64,000 nucleotides of DNA from Kudoa neothunni (lineage: Eukaryota; Animalia; Cnidaria): NCBI GenBank assembly GCA_964304625.1, contig OZ199838.1:7582035-7646034 (forward strand), in the 5' to 3' direction. A model generated the notes under the pieces. It worked only from the letters and a program-made list of their open reading frames with translations. It was not told where the DNA came from and searched no databases. Positions within the stretch are counted from its first letter, which is position 1. The number at the start of each line of letters is the position of its first letter. Positions 13,260 to 24,364 of this stretch are shown one piece after another. The translations under genes were made by a program, and so were the position numbers.

Positions 13260-14448
13260 TTCGTGAATTAATAACACCTTGGTCCATGGGTTGTAATACT
13301 GACGTAGCGTTTCTAGGGGAAAAAATTAATTCGATATTGGATAACTCTAGCGGTGGATGAAAACTAGCATTATCAAGAAATATTAATATTTTCTTGTTTT
13401 GTTTTTTGAGATTGTTATTTAATTTGATTAAATAATTGGTAAATATATCAGAAGTCACCCAAGCTTTTTTGTTTGAATAGTATGTGACTGGTGTTTGCGT
13501 TAGATCTTTAAAACATCTTGGATGAGCATAATGAGCAATTACAACGGGTTCAAGTTTTTCATCTAACATTGAGAAACCTAGTAAAAGTGTGACTTTTTTT
13601 TTGATCGTTTAGAGCATGTAGCAGTTGTCTCGTTAGAAAGAACATAACTTCTTCCTAAATAAAAAATTTAACAAAATAATATATCCTGATTGACTTAGGT
13701 TTCATTGATCATACCTGGGCGCTGCTGATAAAATAAAGCTGTCTCATCCAGATTATAAACTTTCTTAATTTTATAATTCTTCAAGATTTCTTTCAACCGC
13801 AAGTTCCATTCCTCGATAGTTTTTGTTTTAACAATGTTCCCTTCTCCGTGAAAGTTTAATCTGCGTCAATTAAACCGCGGAACCAACCGTAGCTAACATC
13901 TTCAGCGTCTTTATTAACTTCTTTTTGTATTTCATTTCGTTTGGCAATTATTTCCACTGAAGAGAGCTCAACATTTTTTGATCTCATCCATGAAATCCAC
14001 TCATATACCTGCTGATCTCTTTCTTTGTTCGAACCTTTCTTTAATAATATACTATTTAATGTAGATATAGATTTAAAATTGAAATGTTTAACAGTCTGGC
14101 TTTTTGCTCCCTGATATGGTTGATTCTCAAAATACTTCAATATGTCATATTTTTCACTCAATGTACGCTATTCATGAGATTTTTTTTCCAGTCATGTTAC
14201 CAAGGAGGCTGAAATCTGCGCGAGTGTTCGAAGCGACGGCACAGAAAAAGGTGCCGATTACCCAACAATGGATCATAATTGCGTTTTTATGAGATACTTT
14301 AACAGGATAAATATTTCTAAATATACTTTAAGTTTTAATTATTACATAAATATAACTAGATGAGAAAATTAAACTCAAAATACGTGTAATTTACACTAAA
14401 GTTAAAAGGTGCGGATTAGCCATACTGCCGATTATCCGTCACCCACTG
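13260..14448 (-). mobile_element. pogo/Tigger transposon, 3' truncated, defective
   Basis: TA + CAGTGGGTGACGGATAATCGG end at 14448. CENP-B-type HTH (SYGWFRG), LDETALFY, NKKAWVT, FLDNASFH, LQPMDQGVI. Interrupted by the MULE at about 13260. Contains a 60-nt intron at 13655-13714. Confidence 0.88.
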
Positions 14449-14752
14449 TATATACAACGTTGAGACTATTATTATGTTAAAATTAATTACATTTTGTAAT
14501 ATCGTTAGAATTATCTATAGACCTCTACTTTAGTTCTACATTTTAGGTGTTACATATAGTTTTTGTGATTTTAATTAATAATTTGAGAAATTTTTATCAG
14601 AGCTGAATTAGCGAGTTATATTTAAAAAGTTTCTGAAACACGCCACTGACTGAGGCTTAGTAATGGTAGAATTTAAGTCACAGCGCCAGTTTTACAAGCT
14701 GCTTCTAGATCAGCCTTTCGCTTTTATTTTTTCCCCCGCACCTCCATGTTAA

Positions 14753-15755
14753 TCCTATATATATATATATATATATAAAAGAGGACTGTCGGTATGTTTG
14801 TTTGTGTGTGTATGCCCCTAAGTACGCATGTGCGGATAATTTTTTCCTTATAGAGTGCCATATATAAAATTTTTATAAATTTGCGATATTTAAAAAAATC
14901 GTTTAATTGTTTTCGGACTACGAAAGTTTCCAAAAAGTATTTATGAAATAGTGATTTTGTCGATTTAAAGTTTGTTTTTCGGATTAAATGAGTTCAACGA
15001 TAGGATGAGCACTTGCTTATTTCATGGTTATGGTCGGTTGAAGTTAACTATCTCCCTTATATGCTCTATCATATGTTCATTAACTGCTTCTATCTATCTT
15101 TATATATAAGGTTGGCGTTTAAATTTGGGTGTCTGTTTAAACACACTCCTTATTTGCGGAGTTTTAACGTATATGACTTGATAAGTATATTTTATAAGTT
15201 CTATTAATGGGTTTCAATGTGATAAAAAATCTATATATGTTTCATAAATAACGAATTCGTGGAGAACGTTAAAGTTGCATTGATTGAAGCGTTATAATGG
15301 AAATACTGCGTTCATAGGTTTCATTAAATTGTCCGCTAAGTTTTACTTTATGTGATTAAATGCAATGCGGATGGTTGTACTTTTATTTCACCAAATTATT
15401 TAAATTGTTTATGTTGAAATCGACGCAATTTGTGGTTGTTTATGATAAAAGCGCATGTATGTTTATGTCGAGTTAAACAATGCTAATTTTAACAATATCG
15501 ATTAATTTTAATAAGTTTTCTTCTATCTCTTTTATTTTTTCTATTTTTAAATGGACGCCGGGATTGATACTTTCCTTCACAGAAATTATAATAATTTAAA
15601 TTACATAATCCAAATCGTTATATTAAGTTGCTTAAAAATTTTTGGTTATTTTGCATCTATGGGTTAATTTTAGGCTTTAATATATTTTTCAAATATTGTT
15701 AAGAAACGTATCTATGCGAAATCTTCCCCAAGCAACGCTGGGCAGTTCCAGCTAG
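14753..15755 (+). mobile_element. Non-autonomous Helitron, copy 1
   Basis: 5' A^TC then (TA)n-TAAAAG. 3' hairpin CCCAAGCAACGCTGGG followed by CTAG^T. No TSD or ORF. Confidence 0.8.
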
Positions 15756-16041
15756 TATTTATAAAAATATTAATGGTAAATTTGTGTTTTCTTTTTTTTC
15801 TTTAAGTTTATACCCCAAATAATGCATTTTAATTTTTGTAATTTTTAAAGAAATAAATTAAAATAATTTTCGTGAGTTTAGTCGATTAATCGCTACTACA
15901 TTATGAATAAAATTAAAAAAAGCATTCCTATGATAATCACACTTTTTAAAAAGAAAGCCAAAAATTATAGCATTTTTATTTTATATAACATTATTAACAA
16001 AAACTATTTATTTTATAAAATGATTAATAAAATATTGCGTA

Positions 16042-17181
16042 TTAGCGGGAACTGCCCAGCGTTGCTTGGGGAAGATTTCGCATAGATACGTTTCTTAACA
16101 ATATTTGAAAAATATATTAAAGCCTAAAATTAACCCATAGATGCAAAATAACTAAAAATTATTAAGCAATATACTTAAACGATTTGGATTATGAAGTTTA
16201 AATTATGTTCATTTCTTTGAAGGTGTGTTCCAATCCTGGCGTTCATTCAAAATTTCGTGGCTCGGCATCAACGCTAAATAAGTTTAGGTCAGCATCGTAT
16301 TTTTTTCATTCCCGAATTATTTAAATCCCGTTAAAGTGTTATCTAAAACGTTATTTTTTGGCCGAGGGATTTTTAAAAGTCGAATTCTGGCCCCATTCGA
16401 TAGCTGTGCATACCACTAACTTTTTGAGAGATAAAAAAATGGAGAAAGTAATAGATATAGAAGAAAACATGTGAAAATTAATTGATATTGTTAAAATTAA
16501 TATCCTTTGGTACGCAAAAACTTTAATGCGCTTTTTCTAACAAATAATTTAGATAATCGGATGAAGTAACCATACAACCATCTGCACTGAATTGAATCAC
16601 TGAAAGTTCGACATAACGGACGGTTTCAATGAAATCTACGGACACGATACTTGTGTCTTAGTGCTTCAATCAATCTGATTATAACACGCATAACCAACTA
16701 AATAATAATGCAAATATTGACATTTTTTCGTATCTAAATCCACTAATAGAGCCTTCAAAATGTGTTTATCAAGTCAATTACATTAAACTCCCGATATAAG
16801 GAATTTATTTGAGCAAACAACAAAATAAACGCAAAAATCTTATACGTAAAGACAGATGGCATCGTTCAATTAACATATGATAGAGTATATAAGGGAGATA
16901 GTTAATTTCAACCGACCATCGCCATGACATAAGCAAGCGTTAATCCTATAGTTGAACTCATGTAATCCGATAAACAACTTTAAATCGACAAAATCACTAT
17001 TTCATAAATACCTTTTGGAAACTTTAGTAGTCCGAAAACAATTAAACGATTTTTTTAAATATCACAAATTTATAAAAATTTTATATATGGCTCTCTATAA
17101 GGAAAAAATTATCCGCACTTGCATACTTAGGGGCATACACACACAAACATACCGACAGTCCTCCTTTATATACATAAAAGA
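16042..17181 (-). mobile_element. Non-autonomous Helitron, copy 2 (inverted)
   Basis: Reverse-complement homolog of 14753-15755 with the same 5' TC region, the same hairpin and a CTAA^T 3' end. Confidence 0.8.
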
Positions 17182-20170
17182 TAAAGTATAACTTGTTAGA
17201 AAATTTATAACAATCGTGCTTTACTTTTCGGTTGATTTGGGTGACGAAATAGTATAAATAAACAGAATGCTTCATTTTTAATATGTTTATATTTGTCTAG
17301 AACTAAAGATCATCATGTAACCTCCTTATAAAAAGCAATTATTATAATTATAAATGTATCCTTTCAGTTATTATATTTACCATATACAATAATTTATTAA
17401 ATAATTTGTAAGTTTCTAATGTATTACAAATATGGAAAATATTATGATAGTAATAGTAAATCACAATTTCTCGGACCATTAAAAAAATAAATCATTAAGA
17501 AAATTAAATAAACTAAAGTTAGTTGGTTGGTTTTGACATTTCTAATCAACGAAATTTTTAATATTTAGAATTCCGTCCGGGTAAAAGTTAATTTAAATTC
17601 AAACAAATTATCTAAATCTATTACTACCGAGTTAGATGTGGTTCTTACAAATAAATGCTATAATAGGACTAGATTGGAGATAATAATGGCCGAAGCTGCA
17701 TTTTTGCTGATTTTTTTAAACTGATATTTTTGATCACTCCATATTTAAAAAATGTAAACATATTATTTATTATAAAATCGGAAGGTTTTCACACGCGCAA
17801 AAAGCCGATTTTTTGGAGGCGAGTACTCCTCCATTACCAAATCTAGTAGCAGTTATGATAAATTTAAATAAAAAATATCTATATTATAAAATTGAGTTTT
17901 TTTGTATTTTTACCCTAATCTGAATTTCGCTTTTATTGATATAAAATTATTAACTCTCAGTATAATTCTCACGATTACAATAACGTAATCTTTATTTGAG
18001 AAAGATGTAACTATTTTTTGAATGCTGGATCATGTATTTTTTAAACAAAGTGATTATAGAATAAATTTAAGATTATTTTCCTTGGAGGATTTTTTCAATT
18101 AATTGACTTAATTAATGTTTTCAAAGTTTAAGTTTTACATTTATGCCATAACATTTTGATTCAATGCAATATTATAGTTAATATTGGAGTATTACGCTTT
18201 TCCAGCCATTATCTTAAAAACGCTATACAATACCTATGATAATGTTTTTATTTTATTATTTTATCAAATTGTAATGGGCAATGTAAGTTATTTCATTTGA
18301 ATAATAATTGGTTGAAGCAAAATAAATTTTTATTACAAAGGTATCTTGTTATTATTGGTGTGCCGAAAAAAGAATGCAAAACCTTGATGGACCATTCAAA
18401 AATTTCACTAAAATATTAAATATTTAAACTATTTAATTGGTAAAAATCTAAACTTAAAATTTCAATTTGGGACCGCTTCACGCGCTATCCAGATTTGATT
18501 GTCACAATCTCCGGATTTGGATGGAAAACCCGGTAACAAAAAAGTTATTATTCAACTGAAACTCCTTCAAAATAAACTTTTTGATTATTATATAATATAC
18601 ATATTATTTATCTATATGCACAATTTTTTAAACCTTTTAATTAGACCTCCTGATGTGTTGATAGATTTTCCGGTTTACAAATTTATTAACAAAAAAACTA
18701 GTGATAAATATGTTTCGTTAAATCTAATCCATTAGAAATAATTATCTCATAATATTAAAAGTTCCTTAGTTTTATTACAGAGAAAATCCCATATCAAATT
18801 TCGTAAAGATAATTAAATTTTTGAAAATGCACTAAAAATTAAATTATTCTTTCAATTTTAAAAGATTAAATTATATGGTTGAAATTCTGTTTACGTTGAC
18901 GATAATATTCATGAAGGTAGATTTTTTATCTTATTTGTTGTACAGTGGCTTAATGTAGAATTTTTCATTTATTGTAATTGAAATTATTGGTAACGAAATT
19001 ATAATATTGCTTGGAGAGATAAAACTAGTTAATGTTTGTAAGTTTATTTTTATTATTTCCTTCTGCATTAAAACTATTAATAATTAACCCTCGTGGGACA
19101 AACCGTGGTCATTTGTGATCCCAATTTCGAAAGATTGACTTTTTTCGCTTATTGAATTAAATGAAAGGTCTCAAAAATTCTTGATCCCTTAATTATAGTC
19201 TGTAATGGATAATTATAAAGCTACGAATAAAAAAATTCATTCGCTGATTTAAATATTTTACCTTTAATAAGCCAAATGCTCGCTACTTCATTTAAATGTA
19301 GTTGTTACGAATTGTTATCAAAATAATAAATATTACGAATAAAGCTGACATTAATTTTGGTTAAAAAGTGTTAGAACATTATTTGAAGCGTAATAGATGC
19401 TTTTTTGGTTTCGCGCCGGTGAACTCCATTCAGATATGGTGATTATCCTTTAGAGGAAATTTCAACAAGCAATGTAATGAAGGACGGCATACTTCGAATT
19501 TTTATTTTAAATCAAAAAGAGTCAACAACATCCTTTATTAGCTCTAAAATATATTTATTTTTTACTAAAAATATGTTTTATAGTCTCTATATCTGAATAA
19601 TTATGCATTAATTGGGAAAGGCGCCCCTGCTTAATAATGAAAGATCAAATTTAATCTACAGTTGCATACACGTATTATTGAGCCGCGCCGGAGGTTGTAA
19701 TCATCGGATGCTTGGGGTCTCATGCATAAAGTTCACATTGAAACTCAATTAGATGTTCTATTATTATCGTTATTTCCTTGAAAATGTTATCACATAGTGA
19801 TATCTATCTATTTAAGACATCCATTAATATGCAAATAACATGGATAATGGTTTATGGAGTGATGTAAGCATTTAACGGTTATTTAGTATTGGTAGAAATC
19901 CTATCACCTAATTTTTATTAAATACACACAATAAGTATAACAACTAGATGGATTAAAAGAATATAACTGTTTAAAAAAATGAAAAAGTCCCGGGGTCAAA
20001 CTAATAGATCCATCGGTTATAGAAACACGCATAAATGGGCTAATTAAATAATTTTCCCTAGATTTTCCTGGAATGTATGTTTTTATGGTTTCAAGGATAA
20101 ATATTTCGATTTTTCAGCCTATATTTAATGATGCGGCTTTTGAAGCAGAAAAGCTTTATTCCATCATTAA

Positions 20171-21881
20171 CCCTTCCTGTACCAACTACGATACTAGAAC
20201 GCGGGTGACCAACTGGGGTCACTAACGTATCCCAGCCGAAATACACCTTAAACTTGGTCAATCTGCTCAAAACTATTTCACCAAAAATTAGAGACGCAAA
20301 TATGATAATTCATGCCCAATAAAATTAGTTTTTATTATTTGATCTATACATAAATCATTTTGTTCATGACGACAACCATTGCACGAACTATGATTCAAAT
20401 GCATCAAAATGTAGCGTAAATAGCAAACAATATCATTTTTATACTGGAACAGGATATTTGGAAGATTAACGATCAAAAAATTATGAATAATTAGAAAAAA
20501 TCATGACTATCACAATAACTAAATACTCATCGCTTTTTGGTATAAATGGGTGAAGCCGTAGCTAATGATTGATTGATGGGATGGCCGCTTTGATCAATTA
20601 TTTAGCCATATGAGCGAAGACTTCTATTGTCGAATACTGATCTATATTATTTCCTAAATTTTATTGGGCAGGTGCTATAGACACTGTAAAATTTAGCCAT
20701 AAACCTTACTAACCTTTCATCCACTGTAATATGCGTGCATGATGAATAATATTTCAGGCAATATTCATTACAGAGATCGAAAATTTGGTGGCAAGGTTCG
20801 AATTTGTCGTTTATAGTTTGAAACCGATAGATTCTATTTTCTTTATCATCGAAACGGATTCTTCTATAAAGATAAGTGAATCTGTTTTTGGACATCACTG
20901 CGGGGAAGAATAATTGTTTGAATAATGGACTACCATCCCACATATTCCTACAAGCAAGCATCTTACCATTTGAACGCCCAGCAGCAATTAATATGCCTAT
21001 AAATGCTTTTATTTCATTTTTAGATATTATCGTGTGTGTCTCTGGGTTAGTTTCTTCGCAATATTCGTTGCTGTATTTTACTATCTCATTAATTATATCA
21101 TTCGACATAAACAATTCAAAGGCATCATAAATGGACGTAATATTTTTCGCTTCCTCTAAAATGCATGTGGATGAAGTAACGATGTTATGTGATTTAGTTT
21201 TCGTTTTCGAACAAATTCTTTTGGACCATTCAAGACTAGACTAGATGGGGAAGAAAAAATAGAATCATTATTAGGATTTATTTGAGAAAATTTAACGTCA
21301 CTTTGAAAATCTTCATCACTATCTATATCACTAATAACACAATCATCTGATTCAGATATTTCATATTCTGAGCGACTATCATTATCTACAGAAGAATCCC
21401 AATAAGTTTTCAACATCATCAATGGTCTGGTCTAGTCTCATAATAAATACTACCGATGCCTCAACAAAAGTTATTTAGCAATTGCTACCTCAATATCCAC
21501 AAGAAATGTTAAGCACGCGGCGTAATCGGATTAATCCTCGTTAATCCACGTGGCGGCAATATTTAGAAAGGCGCACCATTTTTTCATATAATAGAACGGA
21601 TATTATCAAATTTTTGGGGTGATAAAACTATTTTTAATATTTATAAAACAAATACGTAACATTAGAAAACTAATCTGACGCATTAAAATTAATTCTAGTT
21701 TTATTTTTGGATTTATTCATTAGATTTAATTATATTGTAAAAAATATTTTCATCAAAATATCGAAATAATAGTAATTGAGGTATTCTGAAATTTTGAAGA
21801 CTATCAGAAGCTGATTTTTGGGTTTAGAAACAAAATAGATAATATGGGGTCACTTAAATACCCCAGTTGGTTCCGGAAGGG
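20171..21881 (-). mobile_element. piggyBac element, internally deleted
   Basis: TTAA^CCCTTCCTGTACCAACT ... AGTTGGTTCCGGAAGGG^TTAA. ORF fragments 20647-21422 contain an acidic N-terminus, MSKNRF...IRFDD and ITVDERLV. Confidence 0.88.
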
Positions 21882-22422
21882 TTAATAATTGTTTCTTCGG
21901 TCATATCGGTTGCCGACCTCTGAACTATCTGATTCGTCAAAATTCACAAACCCTTGTTATACTACATTTAAATAGTAAATTTTCTCAAAAAAATTAAAAT
22001 ATTTCGTAGATTTTTCAATGTAAAAGTTTAAGAGAAACTTAAACAAATAAAGTCTAATAAAATGAACCTTCAAACCCACCTAAATAATCAATATTTTTCT
22101 TTAAACTGTTGTATGGACTTTTATATCACTTCAACTGATTTAAATAGATTTTTAAGTCTCTAGAGAATCATAATGCTAAACATTAGATTCCCCACATTGG
22201 GGTACATTCTTGATACCCAATATTTTTCAAAAAAACTAGGGGGTATTTTTGCGCAAATAATTTTTCTAAATAATGTAAAAAGTATTCGTTTAATACCGGA
22301 TTTATAAATCTTATTAAAGATGAATTAAATCCATTTCAGAGAATGTGGGAATTGATGAATCTATGTTTGGCATATGACAACATGGATTCTGCAACCGCAC
22401 ACCTTCCACTTAATTCTTCTGG

Positions 22423-22895
22423 AAATGACCGAGGACAAATAACTCAGTGGTGTGGTAACTGGACTCAATACCCAGAGATACCGTGTTCGATTCCCACCAC
22501 TGGTCATTTTAATGTTTCCGGATGAATGTGCCTCTATCTCGTAATGGGAGCCGTTGTTAGAGTGCGACTGCACTATATGTGTAATTCCACCTGCAATTAT
22601 AATTCGACCTAGCAGGGGAGGTTGAATTAGACGTTTGAATCGTCGGGGATGCATTACTGGGCTTGAAATCTCTGTAGAGCCAAAGTCCTTATGGATAAAA
22701 TTAGGGGCGGTGGTTGTCCTGCAAACAAGGATGGTTATTGGGTGGAACTCCCACATTACCGCAGAAAGATATGGGGCCAGGAATAGATGCTACTTGTCTT
22801 TCGTTGCTTTCAACGTTATTGGGGATGGCCTAATCAGCCGTAACTCCACAACCTAATACATTGCGCCTGGGGTTTTACCTTGTAAGCAAAAAAAT
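22423..22895 (+). mobile_element. tRNA-derived SINE (candidate)
   Basis: GC-rich island with A-box TAACTCAGTGG (22440), B-box GTTCGATTCC (22485), a degenerate cloverleaf head, about 390 nt of body and an A7 tail. Direct repeat attcttctgg at 22413-22422 and 22896-22905. Confidence 0.72.
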
Positions 22896-24364
22896 ATTCT
22901 TCTGGGAGCAGAATGAGATGAAATACTTATCGAAGGAAAAAAATAATAATTTAGAAATCATATATTGAAAATATATTTTTTTATTACAGTCGCTTTGAGG
23001 ATGAGAAAATTATTAATAATGAAGTATTTTATATGTTTACATAAAGGGATGTACAATAACTATCTTAAAAACTCACGAACAAACAGAACGGAACTGGTGT
23101 AGAAAACATTCTATTACTTGTGAGGTTATGATGAAATAGTTTTACCTTAGTTGGATACTATAATCTTAGCTTTTAAGTCCTTACTCGGGGATGAAAGCAT
23201 TGGTTAGAATGTATATTCACCATATATACGATACACCAATAGATATAATTCGGTCCAATGGAAAAGAATGCATTAAGTAACTGAAAAACGCGCTTACTTC
23301 ACAAACCCAACACCATTTATGTTGGAGAGAAAAGAATCAGAGATGTTTTTTACCCAAAACAAACCCGGAGGTATACCGAATTTACCGTGTTTAGAGGGTT
23401 AAATCAACTATTTTGAAATATAAATTTTTCTCTTAATCATTAGAGTTTAATTAAGGAAACCAAACCAACTTTTTGTTATTTAGAACATTTTCTCCTAATA
23501 GTGCTGTTGATGTTGTATTTTTTGATAAAGTATTTCAATTAGAGAATTGTTTATATTTCAACAAATATTTGTTCAATTTATCATTATATTTCGTGGATCT
23601 AAGTGATTATTCTGTGGTAAGAAATGAAGAATAAAAGCATAATTGGTCGAGCGAACCACTTAGTGAGCCAATGAATATCATTTGGCCAGCGATAAAATTA
23701 CTCGGTATTTAATTGAAATCCGAAGAGTATTATTGATTCAAAAAAGTTTATTTTTTGAATAATTGACAGAATGTTTAAAATGAAAATAAACTAAGTTATA
23801 GAATGTTCCATTGGGATCATCGAGCGATTACTGTATTCAAAATCAAACCGGATTTTTTTTCCAATCGATCACATATATAGATCCGACATTACGTCAAGCG
23901 CTTAATAAATGAATATTAGTTGCCCTCGAAATATTATTAAAGTTATTTGAATAGAACGCTGTACAGTGGGTTGAAATATGAAATATGAAATATGATTTTG
24001 TTTATGGTAAAAACTATTAGAGTTCGCCCATACTAAGATCCTATGAATTAATAATCCTTAATTTCTAAGAAATATGAGTTTATTCTAATCTTTTTGTAGT
24101 TGAAAAAGTACATCAAACGGTCAAATATATCATTCTTTTTTAAACTTGCATAAGTTATTTTTATTTTATAAACATTTGGAAATAAATTTCTGCTTAAAAT
24201 ATTTTTGAATACAATTAAACCCCCCATGGTAATATAACAGAGTAAAACAATAACTTTAAAATTGAATAAAACCATATTTAGTTCATTGGAATTTTTTATT
24301 CTAATGACCATTCCCGTTTGGTAGGAAACAATCAATTGGTACATACTTTGATTACAACCTCAGT

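Noticed and set aside
17200-20100. Possible genes in AT-rich stretches (also 32450-33700, 40180-41300, 56900-58100)
   Set aside because: No coherent exon chain or motif was found, only orphan transposon-like ends. These are probably old transposon debris and are left uncalled.
22426-22506. Functional tRNA gene (including tRNA-Sec, suggested by CTCAGTGGTGTGG)
   Set aside because: The D-, T- and acceptor stems are mispaired, there is no long variable arm, and the sequence continues into a body, A-tail and TSD. A SINE head fits better.
22343-22856. Three overlapping ORFs (60-131 aa) as protein-coding genes
   Set aside because: No recognisable motifs. They are explained by the higher GC content of the SINE.
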